24,000 bases of DNA, from NCBI GenBank assembly GCA_049967555.1, contig JBMFSM010000003.1, positions 1-24,000 on the forward strand, read 5' to 3'. Source of the DNA: Candidatus Micrarchaeia archaeon (lineage in GTDB: Archaea; Micrarchaeota; Micrarchaeia; Micrarchaeales; CABMGC01). Below the pieces are notes generated by a model. That model was not told where the DNA came from and searched no databases. It saw only the letters and a program-made list of their open reading frames with translations. The position numbers and the translations under genes were made by a program. Within the stretch, counting starts at the first letter, position 1, and every line of letters starts with the position of its first letter. This document shows, one piece after another, positions 17,601-24,000 of this stretch.

Positions 17601-18010
17601 GCGTATACAACTGCAACATAATCTGTGTTATCTTTATTTTTGTATCTCACCACACCTTGTATACCTTCGGTTGGTGCTACTACCACTCCGTCTGTTATTA
17701 TAGAAAGGCCTATTCTTGTTGCCAGTTCTATTTTTTTTATCACATCATGTTGTTCAAACATTTTATTTTCGCAAACTTCCTTAACTACTTTAAACGCAAT
17801 TTCTGTTTTTTCCTTGCTGTAATTTTTTCTTATTATCTCTGCCAGCCCATCTATCCCCATAATTCCTTCTACTCTGCTTGCAAGGTCTGGCGCTGGTTTT
17901 ATCTCTACCTCTTTTTTAGGGTCATAGCCTTTTGCCCTTGCTTTGGCTGCTATTTCAAAAGATTCTTCAAACTTTTTAGATAATATTTCAAAATAAGCGT
18001 TAGAATCCAT
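14591..18010 (-). CDS. dp2: DNA polymerase II (PolD) large catalytic subunit DP2
   Basis: 1139 aa. Multiple Cys4 zinc clusters are present (CDICKRYLNMPFCYDC, CPKCGNKTYSKKCEKCG, CVVCNAKYRRVPLAGKCPRDG). Conserved DP2 blocks appear throughout and the length leaves no room for an intein. AGGTG lies 5 nt upstream of the ATG, 8 nt after the DP1 stop. Confidence 0.95.
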   Translation of the reverse strand: MDSNAYFEILSKKFEESFEIAAKARAKGYDPKKEVEIKPAPDLASRVEGIMGIDGLAEIIRKNYSKEKTEIAFKVVKEVCENKMFEQHDVIKKIELATRIGLSIITDGVVVAPTEGIQGVVRYKNKDNTDYVAVVYAGPIRGSGGTAAALSVAFADYARSLFNIGVYKPSQDEIERYVDEIELYHMKQHLQYRPSDDDIRNIVSNCPVCIDGVATEDVEVTAHRDIKRTDYDGKETTMTNRVRGGVALVLCEGVAQKAKKLIKEVKLANLNWDWLNNVIKVNKSEKSEKEEKIAVFLEELVAGRPVISYPSTIGGLRLRYGRSRLTGIAAKGFNPATMILLDNFVATGTQLKVELPGKGCVASPVDSIEGPFVRLKSGEALRINDAKTALELKDSIEEIISVGDILITYGDFKKSNTPIQPTSYVEEFWELELRHSGYTGDVNIATFKEAYELSLKYNIPIHPKYLFEFQSISVAELENIVKAISADSRVEGGEGILFGIEKLRIKNSEIKKSLELLQVPHKFENSEIVIDGQYAQSLFASLGFAEGIDGKLKKTNTANFANSNTALEAVNSISPFKIPKRSTYIGARIGRPEKARERLMKPAPNVLFPIGEYGGKERNISKAYVIDDKKFSNKGVEVEMASYKCDICKRYLNMPFCYDCNARARIERICPKCGNKTYSKKCEKCGSETVGYSSRNIDIKSLIIDSIKRLRVGGLPNTLKGVIGLTNLDKVPEPIEKGILRRLHDIYIFKDGTIRFDATDVPITHIYPSEINTSAEKLRELGYEKDIYGNELKSDDQLVELKHQDIILNRRGAEYLLRAAKFVDDLLVRFYGLEPHYNAKSINELVGELVITLSPHTSCGVTGRIIGFTDANVGFAHPYTITARRRNCDGDEDTVMLLLDALINFSREYLPTTIGGTMDAPLILTIHVMPEEVDDEVHAMEVVSSYPIEFYQKSYGYPAPGDMTIETVKDRLGKENRFQDLKFTHLSSKNAIIDAPKKSTYTTLKTMQEKVDAEFRLMDMLKCINQKDAAKRLIISHFIPDLIGNLHTFSKQEFRCVVCNAKYRRVPLAGKCPRDGGKLLLTVSKGGIEKYLNMALDLAERYDVEPYIKQRLALTRDEIYSLFDESNIPTNQFSLSNFI

Positions 18011-18018
18011 ATAAACAC

Positions 18019-19506
18019 CTATATAACATTGAAATCAAGGGTTGTTAAATTACCATTCTTAATTTCATACACAGGAAAGAGCCCAGGTGAAGGTATATGC
18101 CCTTGCTTTATCTGGAACGATGTCCTGCTCTGCCATGTGCCGCTGTTTAATACAAGAGTCCCATGATAATTTAAAGATCCATTTTTATGTATATGACCCA
18201 TGTGTAATATATCTGGCACCTCATCTATAACAAGCATATCTCTTTTGGTCGGAAGTATTTTGTTACCCCCATATATTGGAGACAAATGCCTTCTCCTTAG
18301 CACCTCTGCCATTGCTATTTCTGGTTTTGCGTAGCTACATCCTGGGATATTTTGTATTACCGAATCAAGCGATGTTCCGTGGTACGCGAGCACATTTATT
18401 CCACTTAATTTTAAGTAAGAGGGGTTTGTTACTATATGGACATTATCCATTTTGAAATCACTTATCAGTTCTTTTGTCAGCCTCGGTTGCGGTTCTGTGC
18501 TCTGTACCGCGTCATGGTTGCCAGCAAGAACGAACACATGTATATATTCTGGTATGGTTTTCAAAAAATTGAAGAATAGGAGATATTGCTTATAAATATC
18601 AAGCACAGAGAGTTCTTTTTCTTGGTTCGGGTATACTCCTATTCCGTCGACAAGATCACCAGCAAAAATCAAATATTTTATTTTTTTGGCGAGATCTTTT
18701 CTATAATCTATTTCACCATTCAGCCATTTTAGCATAGCTATAAAATTTTTTTCCATAAAAAGCTTGCTCCCGACATGAATGTCTGACGCAAAACCAATAG
18801 CAAGATCGTTTTTTGAAGAATTTCTTATGTGAACAGGTATGTCTGGCCATATTATGGATTTAGCTATAAAAAAAGGTCCAGACACTCTTCCGTTTACTGC
18901 AATTATATCGTCATTTGCAATCCTTCTGGCATTTTTATAAACCTCCTGCTGGGCACCATTTTTCATGAATATTACTTTTGCCGAACCTGTCTGATCTTCC
19001 AAGTTTATGAGCAGATTGCCATTTTTTGTGATCCTTTTATCAAAAACCATTCCCACAATTGTTGCTTCCCTGCCATCTCCATATTCCTTGAGTTTGCTTA
19101 TGCTGTTTATCCTGCCACTCGTAGATGACCTATTACTTATCATCTCACTTATTTTTCTGAATCTGTCATTTATATTCTCAACAAAATCGCTTGTTGTGCC
19201 TGTTGTTCTGTCTATCTGGCTCTCTCTTATTTTTATGTCTGCCTCTACCTCCTTTGCTTCTGGCTTAAAATCATTCGATCTATTTATCTCTATCTCAACT
19301 GGCTTCTTTTCTTCACTCATCTCTTTTGAAATTTTGTCAAGCAAATTTCTATCAAGTATTTTTATACCCTGAGCTTCTTCAAAATATTCTATCACCCGGC
19401 CTATCAAAGCTTCCACATCTATGCCAGCGAGATCCTCTTCTTTTATGTCTGAACTTATAACAACGCTGCCATTGAGCCTACTAACTATCTGGCCGAGCTT
19501 TTCCAT
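18019..19506 (-). CDS. dp1: DNA polymerase II (PolD) small exonuclease subunit DP1
   Basis: Calcineurin/Mre11-like phosphodiesterase motifs seen: SDIHVGS, GDLVDG, GNHD and GHIH. An OB-fold region is present. Likely start is ATG 19506 (MEKLGQIV..); the track ORF starts at TTG 19527. Confidence 0.9.
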   Translation of the reverse strand: MEKLGQIVSRLNGSVVISSDIKEEDLAGIDVEALIGRVIEYFEEAQGIKILDRNLLDKISKEMSEEKKPVEIEINRSNDFKPEAKEVEADIKIRESQIDRTTGTTSDFVENINDRFRKISEMISNRSSTSGRINSISKLKEYGDGREATIVGMVFDKRITKNGNLLINLEDQTGSAKVIFMKNGAQQEVYKNARRIANDDIIAVNGRVSGPFFIAKSIIWPDIPVHIRNSSKNDLAIGFASDIHVGSKLFMEKNFIAMLKWLNGEIDYRKDLAKKIKYLIFAGDLVDGIGVYPNQEKELSVLDIYKQYLLFFNFLKTIPEYIHVFVLAGNHDAVQSTEPQPRLTKELISDFKMDNVHIVTNPSYLKLSGINVLAYHGTSLDSVIQNIPGCSYAKPEIAMAEVLRRRHLSPIYGGNKILPTKRDMLVIDEVPDILHMGHIHKNGSLNYHGTLVLNSGTWQSRTSFQIKQGHIPSPGLFPVYEIKNGNLTTLDFNVI

Positions 19507-19634
19507 AGAAATCAAGATTATATGCAAAACAAATTATTAATATGTTAGCCAAAATTTCAAACCTTGCAATGTATAAATTATTATGAAATCCCATCTTGGC
19601 AAATCTTAAATTATGGTATTTGCTTATAAAAACT

Positions 19635-20963
19635 CTACCAACTGTCCTTTTTCGGTGCTATATTATATTTGACTATAGGCAAGCCAAGTCTTTCTCTTTC
19701 AGCTTTTGCAAATATGTAATAAACAGTTATTCCTACAAGAATCCAAAATGTAAGTATAATACTTAGTCTTGTAAGAAAAAATAGAAGAATTGCTGTTAAA
19801 ATAAATCCCAAGCACGGAATAAAAATAAAGTACTTCGACTTAAAAAGCATATTTTCGTTGGATTTTCTTTTAATAATTGCCAATTTTATTGCGCCAAGAT
19901 TGGCAATGGAATACGAGATGAGTGCTGCAGAATTGCTAAGCGCTATTATGTTCTTGAAATCCAGAACAAATAGAAATATCACCATTATTGCAACAGAAAA
20001 CCAGATTGCTGTATCTGGCGCGCCGTATTTATTTATTCTTGCAAGCGACTTTGGCAGGTCATTGTCCCTCGCCATTGCAAACACAACTCTGGACAGTCCA
20101 AGTATCATTGCGAGATCAACATTTATTGTAGCAATCAGCGCGCCTACAGATATTGCGTATTCAATTATACTATTGTGTGTTGCATAGAATATTGCCATAC
20201 TGAGTGGCGATTCTGAATTTGCAATTTTACTGTAAGGTATAATTCCTATAAGCACGAACATTGTTATTGCATATATAATGGCAGAAATCAATATGGATAC
20301 TATTATAACTCTCGGTATTGTTTTCTTTGGCTTTTCTATTTCTTCTCCAAGCATTGTTATCCTTGCAAAACCTGTATATGCAAAGAAAATGAATGCTGAA
20401 GACATAAGCACCCCGTTCACACCCTTCGGAAAAAATGGTGTGAAATTTGAAAACTTTACGAAAAATATACCAACAAATGAAAATATAATTAGTATAGATA
20501 CATTTAGCAGTATAAGGAATGAAGCAATCTTTGCAGAGTGCTTTATACCAAAATAATTTATAATTCCTAGAATCACAATAAGAAATAAAGCTATAATTCT
20601 CGAGCTTATATTTATATTTATAATACTAATGAAATAACCACCAAAGCTCAGAGCAACTGCTACTCCTGAAATTATGGTAGCTATAATCCATATAAATCCG
20701 GCGATATAGCCTGCATAGCTTCCGAGGAGTTCCCTAGAATATTCATAATTGCCTCCTTCTCTAGCATATACATGAGCAAGTTCTGCAAAGCTTATCCCGG
20801 TAAATATAGCGATTGCAGCGCTTATTATAACAGCAAAAATCGAAGATGGACCCGCAAGCCCTGCCGCAACCCCGCTAACCGTGAAGATGCCTGCGCCTAT
20901 TATTGCACTTATATTTATTGATAGAGCTTGGAGAAAAGTTACACTTCTCCTCAACTTGACCAT
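19635..20963 (-). CDS. APC-superfamily amino acid permease
   Basis: 442 aa with about 12 predicted TM helices. N-terminal LSINISAIIGAGIF motif and GGNYEYSRE-type loop are typical of APC transporters. Confidence 0.85.
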   Translation of the reverse strand: MVKLRRSVTFLQALSINISAIIGAGIFTVSGVAAGLAGPSSIFAVIISAAIAIFTGISFAELAHVYAREGGNYEYSRELLGSYAGYIAGFIWIIATIISGVAVALSFGGYFISIININISSRIIALFLIVILGIINYFGIKHSAKIASFLILLNVSILIIFSFVGIFFVKFSNFTPFFPKGVNGVLMSSAFIFFAYTGFARITMLGEEIEKPKKTIPRVIIVSILISAIIYAITMFVLIGIIPYSKIANSESPLSMAIFYATHNSIIEYAISVGALIATINVDLAMILGLSRVVFAMARDNDLPKSLARINKYGAPDTAIWFSVAIMVIFLFVLDFKNIIALSNSAALISYSIANLGAIKLAIIKRKSNENMLFKSKYFIFIPCLGFILTAILLFFLTRLSIILTFWILVGITVYYIFAKAERERLGLPIVKYNIAPKKDSW

Positions 20964-20970
20964 TAAATCG

Positions 20971-21237
20971 CTAATCTTTTATTGATTCAAGCAAACTCAA
21001 TATGTTCCAAACAACCGTTCTTGCATAAGGGGGTAGATTTATATCGTTACTTACCTCGTCAATCTTATAAGTTGCAGCGGACGCCTTAACAGCATAACTG
21101 TCTGTCTTTTCCAGTGCGCCTTTTGCCTCTTCAAGTGCATTTTTAACGTTTCTCGGCACGCTATTGTCACTCAACAAAATATCTATCTGTTGCTTTATCT
21201 GTGTTATTGTTTCCTCATATCTCTTAGAATCTTTCAT
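20971..21237 (-). CDS. UPF0147-family small helical protein
   Basis: 88 aa. The pattern DNSVPRNVKNALEEAKGAL...A.Y.IDEVSNDINLPPYARTVVWNILSLLE matches my memory of the archaeal UPF0147 family. GGTGG lies 4 nt upstream of the ATG. Confidence 0.7.
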   Translation of the reverse strand: MKDSKRYEETITQIKQQIDILLSDNSVPRNVKNALEEAKGALEKTDSYAVKASAATYKIDEVSNDINLPPYARTVVWNILSLLESIKD

Positions 21238-21251
21238 AAAACCACCCTGTA

Positions 21252-21339
21252 CGGGCCCGGCGGGAGTTTCACACTTGTTTTGAACCCACGACCATCAGCT
21301 TAGAAGGCTGCTGCTCTATCCAAGCTGAGCTACGGGCCC
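21252..21339 (-). tRNA. tRNA-Arg (anticodon UCU) with a 13-nt intron in the T-loop
   Basis: The reverse complement reads GGGCCCG TA GCTC AGCTTGGATA GAGC A GCAGC CTTCTAA GCTGA TGGTC GTGGG TTCAAA[ACAAGTGTGAAAC]T CCCGC CGGGCCC G. The acceptor stem is a perfect 7 bp. U8, A14, G18G19, U33 and T54-T55-C56 are all present. CCA is not encoded. Total length is 88 nt, that is 75 nt plus a 13-nt insert. Confidence 0.88.
21266..21278 (-). other. Non-canonical tRNA intron (position 59/60, T-loop)
   Basis: Removing ACAAGTGTGAAAC restores a canonical 7-nt T-loop, TTCAAAT. The flanks can form a 4-bp helix (UUCA/UGAA) bordered by 3-nt bulges AAA and ACU, which is a relaxed bulge-helix-bulge. Confidence 0.65.
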
Positions 21340-21360
21340 TTGACTAAATATAGAACAGAG

Positions 21361-21369
21361 ATATATAAA
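21361..21369 (-). promoter_or_regulatory. TATA box for the tRNA-Arg gene
   Basis: The minus strand reads TTTATATAT, centred about 26 nt upstream of tRNA position +1 (21339). Confidence 0.55.
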
Positions 21370-21421
21370 AATACTTCACATCGTAGGCTTTCTGCTGCAC
21401 ACTTTATAATTCTCTATATTT

Positions 21422-22183
21422 TTATATATAAAAAAATCTTCTCAGATTTTCTGTAGTTGCCTCCGCAATTTTTTCTATGGATATACCTTTTACTTTTGAC
21501 ACTATTATAGCAGAATTTTTAACATCTTTCGGGCTTTTTCCAACTATAGGCGAATCTGTTTCAAGCACGATCGATTTTATATCTGCTTTTTTTATTGTCC
21601 TGTTCCTTTTGTTAGACTCTACAGGAGGTATTGAAATAATATTTTTTCCTAGTTTTTCAACTGATTTTTCATCTCCTTCAAAAAAATGAAACATTGCCCT
21701 TATATTAAACTCTCCCAATATTTGGAAGATATCTTCCAATGCGCCACGTGAATGTATCACAACAGGCAAATCCATATCTTCTGCAATTTCAAGTTGCTTT
21801 ACAAAAACTTCTTTCTCCTTTTCAAAATAAGATTCTGCGCTCGCAATTTTTCTATCGAGCCCTATCTCCCCTATGCCTACAATATTTCTGTTTCCTTTTA
21901 TAATATTTTTAATCTCTTCAAGTCTAAAATTTTCATTTATGTGTTCCGGATCGATGCCTACAACGCCAAAAACGTTTTCCTTGACTATTTTTGATACCTC
22001 TAAATTATCTTTCATACTGGCGCCAGATGCAACAATCAAGTTTACTCCATTAATCCTTGCTTCATCTATTACCTTTTCTGGGTTCTCAAAAAGATTTAAA
22101 TGGCAATGCGCATCACTATATTGTATGTCTAGTTTTTCTAGGTCTATTTTTCTCTCCTGCATAGGGTAAATGCTTTGGTACAT
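21422..22183 (-). CDS. TatD-family metal-dependent hydrolase/DNase
   Basis: HxH motif SDAHCHL near the N-terminus, later GEIGLD, and conserved His/Asp positions (VVIHSR, ETDSP). The start is ATG 22183 or 22162. The first 51 codons of the track ORF (to 22336) are Phe-rich nonsense that overlaps the divergent gene. Confidence 0.8.
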   Translation of the reverse strand: MYQSIYPMQERKIDLEKLDIQYSDAHCHLNLFENPEKVIDEARINGVNLIVASGASMKDNLEVSKIVKENVFGVVGIDPEHINENFRLEEIKNIIKGNRNIVGIGEIGLDRKIASAESYFEKEKEVFVKQLEIAEDMDLPVVIHSRGALEDIFQILGEFNIRAMFHFFEGDEKSVEKLGKNIISIPPVESNKRNRTIKKADIKSIVLETDSPIVGKSPKDVKNSAIIVSKVKGISIEKIAEATTENLRRFFYI

Positions 22184-22252
22184 TACAAACACATAAGATT
22201 TATTAATTAATATATAATAATTTAAGTTAACATTAATAATATATGTGATATT

Positions 22253-23368
22253 ATGGAAAATAGGAAAGAAGAAGCAAAGTTTAAAAAAGAAGATAGCAAA
22301 ATAAACACAGAAAATCCAAAAAAAGTAGAAAAACAAAATCTTATTATCTGGTTTTCACTTGCAATGAGCATAATTGCTATAATGATGGCTGCTTATTCAT
22401 TGCTTCACATACCAAGTTCGCAAGCGCCAGTGACATCATTTCCGTCAAGCCCAGCGGCCAATACAACTCTTTCAAAAATAGTTGTAAATGGTTCTCTTTT
22501 CATTCCTCCAGCAAGCTTGTCAAATGCTCCCATAGTAACTCAAAACCAAAGTTTTGGCTCTAGGCTCACAAACATAAACGAGCCGTTGAATGGATCTGAG
22601 CTTGCAATATTCAATAATGCATCAAATGTTTATTTCGAAAAAGCCGGGATGATGCTACTGAACAATTCTATAAATAATGTTGGCATACAAACATCAGCAT
22701 CTCCTCTTCTTATAGTAAATGGCAAGCCAAGCGTAATATATCTCGGTGCCATCTCATGCTTCTATTGTAGTGAAAACAGATGGGCCATGGGTCTTGCCCT
22801 TGGTCGTTTTGGCAAATTCAATATGCTCTTTAAAGGTTATAGCTCCTTTGGGGATGCAGACTTGCCTACAATATACTGGGCTCCTGCAGAATACAATTCA
22901 ACCAGTGCCGCCGATTTTGGAAACTTCTATAATAGCAACTACATAAACTTCCTATCTATAGAATACGCATCGCAAATCAGGAGTGGTTTTGAGATGCAAC
23001 CGCTTTCATTTTTTGTTGCCAGCGCAAAGACATTAAATAGCACGCCATACTTAGCAGCATTAAACCTTATTTTAAAGCTTAACAACTTCCAAGGCACACC
23101 TTATACAATATGGGGGAGATACGTTTCTGCCGGAGTTGACGCTGTGGATTTGGGCAATATCAATCCAACACAGCCGCCTATCCCTCTTGAGTACATGACA
23201 CACGAGCAGGTTCTTGCGCAGCTTGCTAATCCGAATGATACATTCGCATGGCGCGAATATGCTGCTGCAGATCTATATATAGCAATGACTTGTGCATCAA
23301 TAAATAACACAGCGCCAGTATGTTCTCTGCCAGCAATACAGCAAATCGAAAAAATAAATGGTTATTGA
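22253..23368 (+). CDS. Membrane-anchored exported DUF929-like protein (thioredoxin-like, CxxC), sequon-rich
   Basis: 371 aa. It has a Lys-rich cytoplasmic N-tail, one TM helix (IIWFSLAMSIIAIMMAAYSLL) and a Ser/Pro linker. The block KPSVIYLGAISCFYCSENRWAMGLALGRFGKF then matches the DUF929 hallmark as I remember it (G-A-x-x-C-x-x-C-x-x-x-R-W-A...AL..FG). I count about 10 N-x-S/T sequons by eye. Confidence 0.72.
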   Translation: MENRKEEAKFKKEDSKINTENPKKVEKQNLIIWFSLAMSIIAIMMAAYSLLHIPSSQAPVTSFPSSPAANTTLSKIVVNGSLFIPPASLSNAPIVTQNQSFGSRLTNINEPLNGSELAIFNNASNVYFEKAGMMLLNNSINNVGIQTSASPLLIVNGKPSVIYLGAISCFYCSENRWAMGLALGRFGKFNMLFKGYSSFGDADLPTIYWAPAEYNSTSAADFGNFYNSNYINFLSIEYASQIRSGFEMQPLSFFVASAKTLNSTPYLAALNLILKLNNFQGTPYTIWGRYVSAGVDAVDLGNINPTQPPIPLEYMTHEQVLAQLANPNDTFAWREYAAADLYIAMTCASINNTAPVCSLPAIQQIEKINGY

Positions 23369-23889
23369 TGAGAAGGTTTGTAACTATTACGGATATATTT
23401 AAGAGGAAATTTTATCTAGCTGAGCTTGTTGTCGGCTTTTTTCTTTATTTTTTAATTTTTTCAACAATTTTGCAAATAAATAGGTTTGTTATACTAAATG
23501 GCCTTTCTGAATTTCTTTCCGGAATTCTAATACTTTCCTCCTCGATTTTACTTTCCATTACAACATACATAATAAGAAATTCAACTAAAGCTAGCGGATA
23601 TGCTGGAAGTCTATATTCTTTGATTGCCAGTGCTTTTGGCAGCTTGTTTGCATCATGTGGATGTCAAGCAACACTCTTAATGACATTCTTATACACCATT
23701 GGCCTAAATGCAATTGAAGCATCTTGGTTCTTAAATATTGTCTCTTCTTATAATAATTATGTGCTTGTTTTTTTTGTGCTTGTAAATTTTCTATTAATTT
23801 ATTATTATTTAGGGAAAGCCGCACAATATACCGAGCACGGCAAAAAAGAAGCAATGAGCAAAGTATTTTTGAAGCACATCCACAAATAA
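23368..23889 (+). CDS. Four-TM membrane protein with an intramembrane CGC motif; family not recognised
   Basis: ATG 23368 overlaps the upstream TGA stop (TGATGA). The protein is 173 aa with 4 hydrophobic helices, and both termini are basic, which implies N-in/C-in topology. Its only two Cys residues are in FASCGCQATLL within helix 3. The track ORF start at 23320 overlaps the upstream gene and is probably an artefact. Confidence 0.62.
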   Translation: MRRFVTITDIFKRKFYLAELVVGFFLYFLIFSTILQINRFVILNGLSEFLSGILILSSSILLSITTYIIRNSTKASGYAGSLYSLIASAFGSLFASCGCQATLLMTFLYTIGLNAIEASWFLNIVSSYNNYVLVFFVLVNFLLIYYYLGKAAQYTEHGKKEAMSKVFLKHIHK

Positions 23890-23963
23890 ATCTGTATCAT
23901 TTCATTCAAGATCTTCCGGTCGTGTGTCTACCTGCATACTTGACAATAGGCAACAGCCGTGGC

Positions 23964-23988
23964 TGCTGACAAATCATGTCAGCATTTT
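23964..23988 (+). terminator. 8-bp hairpin (TGCTGACA-AATCA-TGTCAGCA) followed by TTTT
   Basis: Perfect inverted repeat at 23964-23971 / 23977-23984, then T4. It lies about 75 nt downstream of the 4-TM gene stop. It is near the window edge, so context is incomplete. Confidence 0.3.
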
Positions 23989-24000
23989 ACATGAATCTTT

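Noticed and set aside
14591-19634. Inteins in PolD, or a replication origin (ORB repeats, cdc6) next to the DP1-DP2 operon as seen in Pyrococcus.
   Set aside because: DP2 (1139 aa) and DP1 (about 495 aa) are intein-free lengths with continuous homology. The 107-bp spacer upstream of DP1 has no repeated ORB-like elements, and the neighbour is a permease, not orc1/cdc6.
22184-22336. N-terminal 51 codons of the TatD track ORF (MFFYFFWIFCVYFAIFFF...).
   Set aside because: This Phe-rich nonsense comes from reading the AT-rich divergent promoter and the start of the opposite gene. TatD homology begins just before SDAHCHL, and suitable ATGs exist at 22183 and 22162.
1-24000. CRISPR arrays, transposases or IS elements, integrases, prophage or defence-island content, including tRNA-associated integration at 21252-21339.
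   Set aside because: There are no regularly spaced direct repeats, no recombinase or transposase-like ORFs, and no duplicated tRNA 3' fragment nearby. Gene content is housekeeping throughout.

Overview
AT-rich archaeal chromosomal segment, mostly core housekeeping genes rather than an accessory island. Archaea-specific markers are PolD DP1+DP2, a thermosome subunit, r-proteins L34e and L14e in the conserved adk / DUF106 / rpl34e / cmk / rpl14e block, and an AglB oligosaccharyltransferase next to a GT4 glycosyltransferase. I support about 22 protein genes and one tRNA. I found no rRNA, CRISPR array, transposase, integrase or intein. Several genes use GTG/TTG starts with AGGTG-type Shine-Dalgarno sites or TATA boxes about 25 nt upstream. 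L14e and L34e in a roughly 35-40% GC genome (by eye) fit a small-genome, possibly DPANN-like archaeon, but lineage cannot be fixed from this window. Leads in priority order: (1) a translationally coupled pair, an exported sequon-rich DUF929-like CxxC protein plus a 4-TM protein with a membrane-embedded CGC, which may be an uncharacterised extracytoplasmic thiol or metal module; (2) a stand-alone single-repeat TBP with its own promoter; (3) tRNA-Arg(UCU) with a 13-nt non-canonical intron in the T-loop; (4) a 298-bp GC-enriched, stem-rich spacer upstream of rpl34e that may be an unclassified RNA; (5) AglB with an extra N-terminal 3-TM plus Lys/Glu-rich module; (6) a probable frameshifted gene remnant upstream of the geranylgeranyl reductase gene. 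All family assignments come from motif recognition by eye; no database search was run.
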